This document shows positions 9,867 to 23,007 of a stretch of DNA of 64,000 nucleotides, piece by piece. The stretch spans positions 7,194,001-7,258,000 of the forward strand of contig OZ076409.1 of the NCBI GenBank assembly GCA_964187785.1, given 5' to 3'. The notes under the pieces are model-generated. The model was not told the origin of the DNA, made no database searches, and saw only the letters and a program-made list of their open reading frames with translations. The position numbers and the translations under genes are program-made. The DNA is from Amphiscolops sp. MND2022 (taxonomy: Eukaryota). How positions within the stretch are numbered: position 1 is the stretch's first letter; each line of letters starts with the position of its first letter.

Positions 9867-12456
9867 TGTTACTTGAAAAATCGACTATGTTGCGAAATTC
9901 ACACAAGTCTGTCAAACTCGCCTTCCAGGCTTCCTAGCTACTTGAAATTTTGTATGCGAGCGTGAATTATGCCCACGTAACAGAAAAACAATATAGCGGG
10001 GTTCCCAGGTCGATATTTAGCAATCCGAGTTGACAAAACTATGATGTACCCTATATGTCACTTTCAAGGGTCAAAATTCACAAAATTGTCAATTTCTCCA
10101 AGTTGGAGAGTAGCAAGCTGCTAAAAATGCACAAATCGTCGGGATCTATTGCCGTGTGTACAAAAATGCATAAATTTTAGTGCTGGGGTACTCCGAAGGT
10201 ATTGCACTATGCTCAACTAAAATTCGATTTTTTCGACATTTCGGTACAGATTTTGGGCAAAACTACAGCTAAGATTTCTCGATCACTAGTAACAGTAGCG
10301 CTACGAAAATTACACCACTAACGTAACCTTTTGCGGTCTACACGATGGTGCAATCCGTTTTGGGCTACTCCTGCTAGGAGAGATTTCGACCTTTCTTTGA
10401 AACACTATTCCAATGTTCCGATAATGTCGCAAAAATAGCACGTTTTGGGCTATTTCTCAACAACCACTGGTTGGAATCACTCGCGGTTTTCGGCGTTAGT
10501 AATCTAGTACTCGCTACTAACAGAAAATAGGCGAGCGAAACCTGGCAGGTTCCAAATAAGGTCTCTCAATATTGATTTTAGGTTACACCTTGGACACTCT
10601 GGGAATACCTATGAAAAACACGTATTTTCCCTAGGAACTTTTTATTCTTCGGTTCCCAGAGGTTCGGGATGGCTTTAACAGTACAGTAGGAAGGTGTAAC
10701 TACTTTATTTAGGGGACTGGGGTTCTTTCAATTATTACTTTTGATGTTATACCTCTCAGGTCTATGGGGTCCTGTACTCAGGTCTATGTATATTGAAGGA
10801 AATAAGCTGTTAAAGTTTCAATTTTAATAGGGGAGCCTTAAAGAACAACTTGGTAGTAGTGTCTCGTACTACCAAGCTAGGGAACAAGGTTTTTGGGCTG
10901 ATCTGAAAGCTTTGGGTCAAGTGCCCAAGACTTTGCCCTCGTCAAATTTGGTCTTTTTGGCTAAATTTGACTTTTTCTCTATGAAAATCACACAATTTCT
11001 CAATTTTACACCAAGTTGGCCCAACAAATTTTTCTGTTCCTGACCTAGCAGGTCTGATGGAACGTTTTTCCCGTATTTCCAGTGGCCGTATCCTTTTTCA
11101 CAAATTTTCACCCTTCAAAATCCGTAAAATCGCTATTTGAGCTATATAGGGTGTTGTTTTCAAGGTTTTCGCGCTCAAATTTTTAATCAACTGGTTCAAA
11201 CACCTTCAGGGTATTTTTCCCAGTTAATTTTAGTGGGGATAGGCCTGGGAATATGCTTTTTGGGCCGATTATTAGCAAGAATTGGCAATACAACCCGATT
11301 GTCGTGGGTATTCGGCAACTAGAGGGGTGCTGGAGGTGTGACGTCTGAGGTGCTCACACACTGCCGTCAGCTAGCTGGGGCCTTCAGCATTCGTCCTCTC
11401 GGTCCCCACACATTGCCAATTTACTGAAATAGAGCTGCAAAACCGTTTAAAACCAGTTCCGGATAGGCCGGATTCACTTTTTCAACAGATATTATCGAAA
11501 TACAGGGGGTACACTGTTTGAAATCGCCGATTTTCGGTTCCAGACCTCGGAAATACGCAGGAAACGCAGGAAAAACACTACTACAAGGCCCACAGGGCTA
11601 GAGTGAGGCAATAAAAACAATCTAGGACTCACCAGAAGAATTTCCTAGATCCGGACCTAGCAGGGCCGGAAAGCAGGAAAAACTCCTATTATGGCGAAAA
11701 GATGGAAAAAGTCCCTTGTGGGGCGCCATAAAAACTACTCTAGATGTAACGTCAAGCTAGCGACGCACATACCAGAACTGGGACAGTACTTAGGTAGCCT
11801 GGACAGGAGACCAAAGTCTTACAACATGCCTAAATACTAGTTTTTCGTCCCTAAGGGTCTCCTGGGAACTTTTCCAAGACGCCGTGGAGTCTCCTCATAT
11901 TAGAGCTCCGTGGCGACGTGCCGGCACACTCCAAGTCCACACACGTCCCACAAGCACGTAAAAACAGTCCTGAAAGCTTCCTGCGGTCCTACATACTCCC
12001 GAGGTCCGAAAACAGGGGTTTAGGCAGAGCACATCTCAATTAAGTGAATAACGTCTAAAATCAACACCTTCCAGTTTTACCATTAACAAACACCTGAAAA
12101 TCTGCCAAAATACTATAAAACAGCACTGGGGAGGCATTCTGAACAGTTCCCAGCGAGTTTTGAGCTTTGGGTTCAACTCACGCAAAAATCGCACCTTCTT
12201 CTTCATCTCTTTTCCGGCTCATTCTTGCGATTTTCCGGTTTTGATGGCACAACACTGGGGTATTGGCTAGTTTCTGCTTCTGAATATCTTCTTTCGCTGC
12301 TTTTCGGTCTTCTCTGTGGTCTGGGGGGGTCTTTTTTTGTTGTGTGTGCTTCCTTTTCGATTTCAACGACCTGCTAGGTCGGCCATTTTGATTCGCACAC
12401 TTTTTGGGTATTCTTCGAATTTTTGAAATTTTTGACCTTGACTGGTGGACGTTACA
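9867..12456 (-). repeat. Putative ~2.6-kb 5' LTR of element 1
   Basis: Inner end fixed by the PBS. Outer end inferred from TGTAAC on the minus strand and a shift to AT-rich host-like DNA. Second LTR not in window. Confidence 0.5.
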
Positions 12457-12984
12457 TTTCCACAAAATTAATGTCCTTGATTTTCCGGATTTTCGTCATA
12501 TTGTTTCCAAAAATCTTGTTGTAAATTCAATAAAAGTCTGAAAACTTTCTCTTTGTACCATACAGAGGGAAATTTCACAGAAATTCAAAAAAGTTACAAA
12601 AAGATTTTTCGAAAACAATTTGACGAAATTTTGAGTAGTCCCAGTGTATAAAATTCTGAAAATGTTGATAAAAATTTTGCATTTTCGTGAAACCCTTGGT
12701 AAGAATCTACCAAGATTCATATCAAGATTTGCGTGGAGCAAGAATAAACAAGATCATATCAAGGTTTCCAAGAGTAAAAGTGAATAATCAAGAATATGCA
12801 ATTGAATATGTCTTTGAATATGCAAAGAGTTTCAAGATACTTTGCACTGGGTGATTTTTGGAAAATCTTCTATTTGGTTCAAAATATCAACGTCTTATTA
12901 TTTCTGGGAGGGCCATTCGTTCATCATTGTACTCGTTTTATCGCACTTAATCCACAGATCTGAGAGGGATCTGAGAAGCACGGA

Positions 12985-13155
12985 CTTTTCGACCATTTTT
13001 GGACTTTTCGATTTTCTCAAAAACTCCGCATCATTCGAAAGAAATTTTCTACAGTCATTCTACTCCATATTAGAGTCCTATTGTGCAATTCCATCAAAAT
13101 CGTATGATTGGGATCTGAGAAACATAGCCAAAATTAGTCCAAAAATGACCAAATG
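12985..13155 (+). repeat. ~170-bp satellite-like unit (also ~3 tandem units at 23190-23690)
   Basis: Shared motifs CAGTCATTCTAC...CATCAAAATCGTA...GAGAAACATAGCCAAAATTAG.CCAAAAATG.CC at both loci. Confidence 0.75.
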
Positions 13156-13301
13156 ACAAAGTACGTAATTAAGTTTTCAATATTTTAACCCGTTTCCTGG
13201 TCTTTTACCGCACATGCGGTTCTGGTCTAATGCACAGTCTTGAAAACATCAGTTTGGCGCAGTATGTTTTGCGGGTGATCATTATTTTTTGCTCCTTCCA
13301 G

Positions 13302-13485
13302 GCGAAGACTCGCAGGTGATGCTTGAAAAGCACGAGTTGACGAAGCGTGGGTCCCTGAGTCGTCAGCGAATCAAAAGTCCCCGAAGAAAGCTGATGAGTA
13401 GCGAACCACAGGAGAAGTCTTCGTCGCCAGAATCGCCTCCCGAGTCTCCGCTACCTGACATTTCCTACTCAGAACTGAAACGGAG
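13302..13485 (+). CDS. Putative host gene internal exon A (Ser/Pro/Arg-rich)
   Basis: Pyrimidine tract plus CCAG acceptor, GT donor, GC-richer island. EDSQVMLEKH...SPESPPESPLPDISYSELKR; phase 1 to 2. Confidence 0.5.
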
Positions 13486-13753
13486 GTTTCCATCAAAACA
13501 GAAAAAAACGCTAACCCATTAGAGCAGAAGAAAAAATTTCGGATAGCATTGAAAAAATTATTTGTGGGTATATATTGAGAAAACATAATTATAGACGAAA
13601 AATAATCAATTCGAAAAATCTCACGATGCCAAAAATTGTAGAAAGGGAGACCCTTTGGGCTTTTTAAATATCCATTCTTTTGCAAAATATAAAAAAATGA
13701 AAGAAGCCCTTTGGAGACATTGAAAATTTTTCGAAAAGTCTCACGAAGCCAAA

Positions 13754-14202
13754 AAAAGCCAGGACCGGCCCAAGTCGGCGCCATATCAAAAATAGCAAAA
13801 GGACTTTTGTCAAAGTATTCTCTTCTACAGCACCCGAAAAAAGATTTTAAAAAAGTCTCACAATGCCGATAAAACTGAAAGAGAGGACCCTTTGGGATTT
13901 TCTCAACATCCATTCTTTCGAAAAAATCCAAAAAATTGAAGCGGGACCCTTTGGTGGAACAAAAAATTTTGAAAAAGTCGAACAAAGCCGGAAAAAAACT
14001 AAAGGGAGGACCCTTTAGTCTCGCCCGGTAATGTATGTTACGCGGAAAAAAGGAAAAACCTTTTTGGTTCAGTTCCCTGGGCCAACAGGTACAATTTAAA
14101 ATTTTGTAGAACTATTTTCGTCACTTCAGCTGTATCGGAAAAATTCTGACGAAAAGCCATGACTATAGTTGAATCTTTTCTTAAGAAAAGCGCCGACTAA
14201 AA
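13754..14202 (-). mobile_element. HINE/Helentron-like non-autonomous repeat
   Basis: SubTIR AGTCGGCGC/GCGCCGACT, internal GGGTCCCC subrepeats, terminal stem-loop. Confidence 0.65.
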
Positions 14203-14870
14203 GAGGGCGGTGAAAGTTCCATAGTGCCAGAAAAATTGGAGAAGGGACCCTTCTGCTTTGCAATGGATGCGTTCGAAATCAAGTAGTAAGTACTTATGGT
14301 AAAAGTGCACAGTGCACAAAATGTAGAACGTACAGGGTGGGCGGGTGAGCTCTTCGGTCTGACGAAAAAACTTTCCACAGTAATAGTCGAGCATTTTTCA
14401 CTAAAAAATCGCCGGACAAAATCTTGCTAAAAAAAGCGCAGTGGCACATCCGAGTTATGATGCAAAAACCGTATAGAGAAAATTTTACAAATGTCAATTG
14501 TCTCATGAAAAAATCCGAACAAATCATCTCAGCTAAAATGATATAGATAAGAAAACAGGGTCATTCCGGTATAAATATAGGGTTCCATAATGACAATTTA
14601 AAAATGAGGAGTTCCAATGCATTATCTTTGGCAACACCATCTCGAAAAGTGCTGTAATCAAGAATTCCCTTGAAAGAAGCAGTTGAAGCAGTGATTGCAG
14701 AACAGGCGAAAAGGGCAGTCGAGAGTGAACTACGTATCGGAAGAATCGGATAAATGGGATGATGATACAACAGTTTTGTGAGTGGATGGAGCAGGAGTGA
14801 GGAAAGCCTGTATTGGAAAGCCTGATGTGCGGTAACAATTTCCGGGTAATCACTGATACTGAATCACCTG

Positions 14871-15424
14871 TTTTTAGTTGGCGCATTTTAGTAGAAAATG
14901 TGCCCGACTATTACAGTGGGTAGTTTTTTTTAAGACACGAAAGGTCCACTTTTTTGTTCTTTTGTTCAACACCCTCAAACACCCTCAACTTCAAACCTCA
15001 ACAACTCCAACCTCAGAAGCGCGTCCAAAACGAAAAGAAAAAAACAAAACAGACGTCCACAACCTCAAAAACACACTAAAGATCCCACCTTAGCCCCACT
15101 TTTTTTCGGCACTATGCGACTTTTTTTGAAGTTTCTTGGATTGCACCAGAGGGTCCCCCCTTCGTTTGCTTCGCTATTTTGCAACACAATGGATGTCAAA
15201 AAATCGCAAAGGGTCCCCCCTTTTACATTTTTTGGCACTGTGACACTTTTCAAAAATCTCATTCAAAAATTTTTTTGGGAAATTTTTTCATGTCTCCAAA
15301 GGGTCCCCCCTTCATTTTTTTAAAATTTTTTGCAACCAGCTGGAGTTTCACAAAGCCCGAAGGGTCCCCCTTTCAAATTTTGAGCCTTAGATATGGCGCC
15401 GACTTTGGCCGTTCTCGGCTTGTT
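14871..15424 (+). mobile_element. HINE/Helentron-like non-autonomous repeat
   Basis: Starts TTTTTAGTTGGCGC...GCCCGACT; ends GATATGGCGCCGACTTTGGCCGTTCTCGGCTTGTT. Confidence 0.65.
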
Positions 15425-15429
15425 TTTTT

Positions 15430-16200
15430 GTGCAGTTGATAAAGTAGAAGGAATCATCGGAAAACACTGTGCAGTTGTCAGAGAGAAGATCGACGACGGA
15501 AGATACGCAGATTTCAGTAGACGCCCATTACCTCTGCTGGGAAACATGTTTGTCAGCGTTGAAGTGGGAAGACAAGAAGACAAGTCTAAAGCAAAAGTGC
15601 TTGTCGCGAAGAAGGGAGCGAAATCAATCGTGGGCCATGATTGGCTGACTGTACTAAGGTGCATAATTGAACAGTCAATGACTAAAGGAGGGGAAAGACC
15701 CGGAGAAGCGGAGTCGGCGCCACTGAAGGTTGAAACACAACCGGTGGAAATGGCAGCAACGCCGGATTCAAACAATGACCTGGAAGAGCGTAGACCCTCG
15801 CGAAGGAAGAACCCACGCCGAGCAAGAAAAAGGCCGTGAAGGTCTCGGTAGCATGGACCCGCCTCGAAAGGGAAAAATACGAAAAAGACCAACAGAAAGA
15901 TATGGTATCGACGTGGTCATGCAAGTTGACGAAGATAAACAAAGACAAACGGAGGTGAAAACTACAATCAAAAAGGGTTAAAATATTCTACAGGATAAAC
16001 CGAAACCCGCCCTGAGCATTTGAAGCCATGTAAACATTAGCCTCTGAAACTGAGAAAACATTAACCCTAACATTGCCTAATTTATATTTTCTTCAAGTCA
16101 TTTAACCTGGAAGGAATAACATTTGAAAAACATTATCATTTACCGTAGGTTTTGTAATAAAACGGGGAGTGTAGTAGTACTTGAAAAGAACAATAACAGA
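15430..16200 (+). pseudogene. Heavily deleted Gypsy remnant (protease C-terminus, integrase tail, PPT/LTR start)
   Basis: AKVLVAKKGAKSIVGHDWL resembles a retropepsin C-terminus; basic tail RKRPTERYG; AAAACGGGGAG-TGTAGT at ~16160-16175. Confidence 0.55.
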
Positions 16201-16780
16201 AAAGTGAACAAATGGCAGTATTTACTAACACCTGTCAAAAATGCTAGAGTGAAATAATTTATATAAATTTTGTTGCTGTTGCCTTTGTTTCGAGATAAAG
16301 TTGGTATTACATTATTATCTCCATTATTTTGCCTCTCAGTAGTCTATAACACTTTGAATCTTAAGTTAACACGAAACCCGTTTGAAACTAGCGCAAATTT
16401 TTGTTTCGAGAACAGTCGAACATTGTTGAAAAATCTACGTTTGCTGTACATAGACGATATTTTCAATCTCCTCAGCAAACGAAAAAAAACATGGAGCAAA
16501 GTAGCACTGCGAATCGATCGGATATTTTTGTATACTTTCGAAAGACGCTTTTTAAAAAAATCAGTCACATTTCAACCTAAATTGTCTGGTCCGTGTATAG
16601 ATATCATTGAGAACATTTTGAATCCATATTTTTTTCGGTTTTCGAAGCTACGACTTACAGCAGGAATATACTGACCTCAAATGTTTAGATTCAGTTGAAA
16701 TCAATATGAGGTACCCTTACACTAGGTATCTTACGAGCTGAGTGCCTCCTTAAAAATACAACATGAGGACTCGGTAACCA

Positions 16781-17325
16781 TTTTTAGTCGGCGCTTTTCC
16801 TTTAAGGGAAAAATGCCCGACTATAGCAGTGACTGTTCTTTTAGTCGCCGCTTTTCTAGTGAAAAGTGCCCGACTCTTACAGTGGCTAGTTTTTTTCTTT
16901 TTTTCGTCAGACCACAGACCTCATCGCGTATGTACCACTTTTTAAAGAAACTGATAAAACTACTCAGGCCAAGTCCGACCAATGCAAACTTAGTGCAAAG
17001 GGTCTCCCTTTTCGTTTTAACCTTTTTTACGTAACCTACAAAACCAGAAGAGACTAAAGGCCCCCCTTCAATTTTTTTCGGCACTGTGCGACTTTTTCGA
17101 AAATTTTTCAATGTCTCAAAAGAGTCCCCCTTTCGAGTTTTTTGATATTTTGCAACAGAATATATGTCAATAAAGCCCAAAGGGTCCCCCCTTTTACATT
17201 TTTCGGCACTATGCGACATTTTCTGAAAGAAAGAAAATCAAAAATTTCAAGTTTTTTTTAAAAAAAAGTCTTTGCGCGTTTTGAGCCTTAGATATAGCGC
17301 CAACTTTAGACGTTCCCGTCTTGTT
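16781..17325 (+). mobile_element. HINE/Helentron-like repeat (duplicated 5' end at 16839)
   Basis: TTTTTAGTCGGCGC start; ATAGCGCCAACTTTAGACGTTCCCGTCTTGTT end. Confidence 0.68.
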
Positions 17326-17389
17326 TTTTCTTCAGACTACAATCCTCACACTGATCGGTTAACTTTTTAGAAACAATCCTGAAACCACC

Positions 17390-17878
17390 TAAGGCGCCCA
17401 GTCCGGCAAAGGGGCCAAGGCAAACTTAGTGCAAAGGTCCCCCTTTCATTTTTTTACTTTTTCAAGGTAACCTACAAAACCGGACGGATTAAAGAGTCCC
17501 CCTTTCGATTTATTTTCGGCACTGTGCGACTTTTTTTTCGAAAATGTTTTTGTCTCCAGAGGGTCCCCCCTTTCATTATTTACTTTTTTAACTTAACCTA
17601 CAAAACCGGCCGAGACTAAAGGGTCCCCCCTTTTGATTTTCTTCGGCACTGTGAGACTTTTTTTCGAAAATTTTTAATATCCCTAAAGGGTCCCCCCTTT
17701 GAGTTTTTTGTTATTTTGCAACAGAATGCATGTTTATAAATCAAAAAGGGTCCCCTCTTTCACATTTTTTGGCACTGTGCGACATTTTCCGAAAAAAATT
17801 TTTCGAAAATTTCAAGTTTTTCGCAAACAAAATGTTTTGCGCTTAGATATAGCGCCGACTTTAGACGTTCCCGTCTTG
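17390..17878 (+). mobile_element. HINE/Helentron-like repeat, 5' truncated
   Basis: GGGTCCCC subrepeats; ATAGCGCCGACTTTAGACGTTCCCGTCTTG end. Confidence 0.65.
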
Positions 17879-18386
17879 CTTGAACTTTGTTTACAGGAGG
17901 TTGCCATGTCCGAAATCTCGATTTTGAATCTAAAATTCATCGGTGCTTCTCCTATGATTATGCTGTGCTCATACTATGAAACATGATGGATCATATCATG
18001 AAACATGGTCTCCATGGTAAGATCTTGGCAAGATCATGATTATGGAATGACCATGATCATAATATGATCATACTATGATCATAGCATGGTGAGTATGTTT
18101 GGTCAACCAGGGAATAGATCAGGGCTGCACTGATTACTTTTTGTGGCACTTGCCATATTCAAATGCTCCTGTGTATAATACTGGACTGTCAAACAACAAA
18201 ATTTTGGAGGGCTTTTGATAGGAAACAGCGTGGCCACCGATGGGTCACCCTGGTTTTCCCAGGTTTCAGGATTTTTCTTTAAAAATTCAACGCTTTTTTT
18301 GGTTTAAAAGGCGTGGTTTCGAAAAAATTTTGGTTTAAAAAAGAGCTAAAATTTGCCCGTTTTGAAACTCGTGTGTTCTTTTATAG

Positions 18387-18486
18387 CAGCTCCAGTTCAG
18401 ATATTCGCGACAGGAGATTGAGAAGTAGAAGAAGCAAGTTTGGGAGACATCCATCTGTGGGAGATAGTCTTTTACAAAGAAAGTAC
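18387..18486 (+). CDS. Putative host gene exon B
   Basis: TTCTTTTATAG acceptor; SSSDIRDRRLRSRRSKFGRHPSVGDSLLQRKY; donor GTAAAC (alternative GTACGT at 18483); phase 2 to 0. Confidence 0.45.
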
Positions 18487-19105
18487 GTAAACTACAATTA
18501 TAATATCAAGTGTCAACAAACAATCGCCGAGAAAAAGTTTGTTCGATCAGTAGATGTGTCAGAATTTCATCGTCGCAAATCAAAGTTTAACCTGTTCACA
18601 GTTTCGCAGCTTAATGTTGTTGAAAACTGACTCTGAATTGACTACTCCTGAAAATTAATGTACTCAAAAAATTGTTTTCAGACTCACAGTAAGAATTCTG
18701 CAGTTTGATTCTGTCTATATCTATCTCTATTTTTGTTTAACTTTAAACAGCATAGCGGTACCTAAAATGAGCCTACATTTTTCAACTTCTGATTCGTTTT
18801 ACGCGAAGCCCATGTGTTCTTCAGCACAATTTTATTCAACAATTTATTGGTACCGTGTTTGGTCCAAACGGCACAAGTATCAGCAAAAGTGATGTTTTCT
18901 CCAACGCTGAGAAAAATGGGTTTGTCTTGCGAAATGGTTGAGCTTTTCAATTATTGGGTTTATTTTTTGTTTTTGGAGTTTTCTGTTGTGAGCGATAACG
19001 ATCGCTTTTCAATTTTTAAAATATTTTTTGCCTTCTCAAGATTATTGCTCAGTTCAGAACAATAAAAGTTGCACGTAGTTGACAGATGACAAGACAAGTG
19101 CTATA

Positions 19106-19376
19106 CAGTAGTGATATTTTGAGAAGCAACAGAAGGCACATCTCAAAATCGAATATTTCAAAAACGGCAATGATTTTTGAAAAATGGTAAAAGTAAAAGT
19201 TTCTTAGATTTTTATCTAATAGGTTTGTTCAAAAATTATGCGATGAAAATTGTAAATGTTGCTGTCAGCCAACGTAAATTGAGGCCTAGTTCTCATTTTT
19301 GGTCTAGTTTTGCTAGAATTTGGTAAAAAATTTTTGTTGAACTCCCTGCCCTGATTTTACTGAAGCCTTGATATGT
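19106..19376 (-). mobile_element. Partial copy of the MITE at 21402-22073
   Basis: TA-CAGTAGTGATATTT... matches the reverse complement of that MITE's right end for ~270 bp. Confidence 0.65.
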
Positions 19377-19432
19377 ATCCACGTGCTGTTGTATCCATAT
19401 GTTGCTTTCAATAATATAATTACTTTACTCTC

Positions 19433-19862
19433 TTTTTAGTCGGCGCTTTTTTAGAGAAAAGAGTCGACTACAGTCATGGCTTTTGTTTGGTCAGTGTTTT
19501 TTTTGATACACCTGAAGTAACCAAATTGTTCTACCAAAAGTTCTACAAAATGTACCTGTTGGCCCAAGGAACTGAACCAAAAAGGTTTCCCGCGTAACAT
19601 ACAATATCGGGAACTGTGCGATTTTTGTTTAATTTTTTTTCCAAGAAAGGGTCCCCCTTCACTTTTTTGGAGTTTTGCAACAGACTGGATGTTGAAAAAT
19701 CCCAAAGGGTCCCCCTTTCAGTTTTTTCGGCATTGCGAGTTTTTTTCAAAACTTTTTTTAATAAAAAGGTTCCAAATTCATCAGTGCTTTGACATTTTGA
19801 AGTCCTTTTGCTATTTTTGATCCTTAGATATGGCGCTGACTTAGGCCGGTCTCGGCTTGTTT
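19433..19862 (+). mobile_element. HINE/Helentron-like repeat (intact counterpart of the copy split by element 2)
   Basis: Both termini present; colinear with 24005-24251 + 38323-38573. Confidence 0.68.
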
Positions 19863-21401
19863 CTCATGTAAACAAATCGTGAACCTTGCGAGGCGCAGCT
19901 TTGTCTCTGTCTAAATGTTAGTGTTTTCAGCGAACATCTCGCTCAAGAAAAATGAGTCGGAACAAAAACCGTTGAAGCCCGAACCATTCGTATCGGATTT
20001 CGATTGTAACAAAAATCGCCACTGTTCCATCCAGTTTATGAATTTCGTCGAAATACGTTGGAAAACATTGTTTTTCTCTATAGCCTTGCAAAGTAACTTT
20101 TCCCGCATCTGTTGAAGACTATATCTTCAATTAGTCAGACTGAGTTGCAGTCGATTTTTTCATTCCGCAAGCAGCATTTTACGTCTCCAATGTTTTTCAC
20201 TTAAGACTTCGTCAATTGATTTCGTTGTTATTTTGTCTTTACTTTTTTTTCAAAATTTTCATATGTGAAACATTACAACTGTTACTCATTATCTTTTCAG
20301 TATTATGGGATGCAGTATTATCCTATCTTCAAAAATGCAAAATTACACAGTAAGCACAGAACTTGTATACCTTTAGTAATAATTGGTCCGATAAATGATC
20401 ATCCCAGTGGCCAAAATATTCGGTCGGTATTTATCCTGACTATTACAGCAAGTGACACAATCAATCTAATGCTTGAAGCTTTTTTCCAATGAGCATGAAT
20501 ACGCTCTAAACATTTTACAAACTGCTTGGATGTTTCACAGAATATTTCCATGCATGCTCCCTGAACTTTCCAAGTTTATAAAAAAATCAGCCTGCATGTT
20601 TCAGGCAGCATGTAAAAAGTTGAAGCAATGTCGACTAGTACTACAACAATTGAGCGCCATATTTCGATGAATTGCAATTGACTCCGTTGATGTACAATAG
20701 TTCAGGAAAAGAACTGAACCCTTATGTGTAAGAAAAAATTTGGACTGCAAGTAAACAAAGCTAGCATTTTACATGGGGATTTCTTTCGTTCTTGATTTTA
20801 CTCACGAAATTAAGTGACTGGAAAGACAAATCGAATGTTTAAGATAATGGGTACAATCGATTTAATTAGCAGATTCTTCTGATATCAATTTTATCAGTAA
20901 AAAATGTACCACCGAAAACACAATCCCCAATCTTTGCCAAAAATAGCTGTCTCACGTATTAAGATAGTAAATAAAATAAAATAATAGAAAACCTCTTTCA
21001 AAAACTACATGATACCAATTATCTTGATGTCAAATAGTTGAATGACTTCAGTAAATGAAGAAGTACCTGCCAAATAAACAGAAGTTCCAATTAGGTGCCA
21101 AATGTTACAAAATTGTCCAAAATGATGTCCCATATGCCAATTCACTAGTAAATCCAATCAATGAAAAATGAAATTAGGAAGTTTCTTCATTATTTGCAAA
21201 CCTACATTTCAAGTGGCCAAGAAAACTTTAGAATGTTTGTTTATCTGATTTTCAAATAACTTGGATGATAGCAGAAATCAGAGCTAGTTTTGTTTCGGTC
21301 CAATTCTTTTTTTTACAAATAAAGGTACAGTTTATTTCTTACACTATTGTATTTTGAAAAATTGTTTCATTTGGCAGCCGGTCAGAACGCGACATTTTGT
21401 A

Positions 21402-22073
21402 CAGTAGTGATTCTAGAAGAAGCAACATAGCACGCGAAAAGAAAGCAAATAAACAAAAATTTCATTGGTTGATCAAGGTCTCACGCGCTCATTTCATTGG
21501 TCGAGAGTGATTTCCAAAACATCATTTTTTAGTTTTTTTTAAAATTTTTGACCCACTTACAACTTTTTGATTTCAAAATAATTTTGACAGAAAAATTCTC
21601 GCAAACATTTCGAATCTGACAATATAATTGTTTCTCGAAAGTATTCTAAATTGCATTAGTATGAGCTTGTTTTAAGTAGATAAACTTCAAAATCATGTCT
21701 TAATACATGTATTTCCGAAAAGGTCTAATTTAACAGCGCATTTTTTCTACGATTTTAAGAGTATTTCTAAATCAAAACATATCAAGGGCTTCAGTTAGAT
21801 CAGGGGAGTCGATTGGACATAAAATTTCTCCAAAAATTTTAGGCAAAAGTTGACTAAAAGCGAATAAAACTTCAATTTTGACTTAAATTTGGCTACAAAT
21901 GGCCTATCGTATATTTTACAATTTTCACCGCATAATCTTGAAATAAACATATTTGTAAACTTGATAAAAATCTAAGAAACTTTCACTTTTATCATTTCTG
22001 AGAAATCGCTGCTGTTTTTGAGATATTCGATTTTGAGATTTGCCTTTTGTTGCTTTTAGAAATATCACTACTG
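21402..22073. mobile_element. Tc1/mariner-type MITE
   Basis: Imperfect TIRs CAGTAGTGAT...AAGCAACA, flanked by TA on both sides, non-coding. Confidence 0.72.
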
Positions 22074-22141
22074 TAGATTAGAAGAACGAATCAAAATGTT
22101 TTGGGGATATGATTGAAGTTTTGTTTCAATTTCATGTGCAG

Positions 22142-22335
22142 ACAGTGATTACTCTGGATGAAGTGTTCGACAGTGACTCTGAGCGTGGATTGGTCAATTC
22201 CCGGAAACCCGAAGAGGCGACTAGTGACGTAGACGCGACTCTCTCGCAACTGCAGAGACGAGAAGACCAGATGGCAAGCTACGCGCACTGCTCCACTGGA
22301 ACCAGCTTGATGTCTGGCTCTCAGGCCCTGCAAAG
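22142..22335 (+). CDS. Putative host gene exon C
   Basis: TTTCATGTGCAG acceptor, AAG|GTCAGC donor; only one open frame (TVITLDEVFDSDSERG...SQALQ); phase 0 to 2. Confidence 0.5.
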
Positions 22336-22460
22336 GTCAGCCAAAAATTAAAAAATTCAAGGGCATTTCCAACAGACCGGAATGATTCAGTAACCATTGA
22401 ATATTTAGTATTTGGTTGTTATCAATGAGAAAGGAAATGTATAGGGTACCAAAAACTTAT

Positions 22461-23007
22461 CAAGCCGTGAACGGCCAAAGTCAGCGCTATATCTGAGGCT
22501 CAAAAAGCGCAAAGCTTTTAAAATTGTAAAAGGGGGGACCCTTTTGACTTCTTGAAACTCCGGTTTAACGCAAAATATAAAAAAAAATCGGAGGGGACCC
22601 TGTGGAGACTTTAAAACAATCGAAAAAAATTAAAAAATGAGATTTTTCAACAGTGTTACAGTGCCGAAAAATGTAAAAGGGGAACCCTTTGGGATTTTTT
22701 AGCATCCTTTCTGTTGCAGATTATCGCAACAATTGAAGGGGGGATCCTTTGGTGCAATCCAAAAGTCTTCGAAAAAAGCCTCATAGTGCAGAAAAAATAA
22801 GTGGAAAACATCCAGATAGCCAAAAGGGGATCCTTAATATGTTTTCGTCTGTTTCATTGTTTTTGTTCTGGACAGGGTTATGAGGTTTCGAGTGTTTTGA
22901 ACCTCAGTAGTTCAAGTTGTTGAACAAATGAACAAAAAATTGGACCTTACGCGTCTAAAAACTACCCACTGTAAAAGTCGAGAACTTTTCTTCGAAAGCG
23001 CCGACTA
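22461..23007 (-). mobile_element. HINE/Helentron-like repeat
   Basis: Reverse-complement termini CAAGCCGTGAACGGCCAAAGTCAGCGCTAT ... AGCGCCGACTA. Confidence 0.65.

Larger units (their letters stand above)
1..12456 (-). mobile_element. Ty3/Gypsy LTR retrotransposon, element 1 (3' part outside window)
   Basis: Domain order Gag-CCHC-PR-RT-RH-IN on the minus strand. PBS-like TGG at 9865 next to an LTR end (...GTAACA). Candidate outer LTR start TGTAAC at 12456. Confidence 0.93.

Noticed and set aside
13371..13985. Long F/K-rich ORFs (also 57835-58449, 16821-17219)
   Set aside because: Chance read-through of HINE subrepeats.
16781..17878. CRISPR-like look of regularly spaced GGGTCCCC repeats
   Set aside because: Spacers are themselves homologous, there are no cas genes and the context is eukaryotic.
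21060..21170. Minus-strand peptide DLLVNWHMGHHFGQFCNIW resembling a GPCR loop
   Set aside because: Short, preceded by in-frame stops, no supporting exons.
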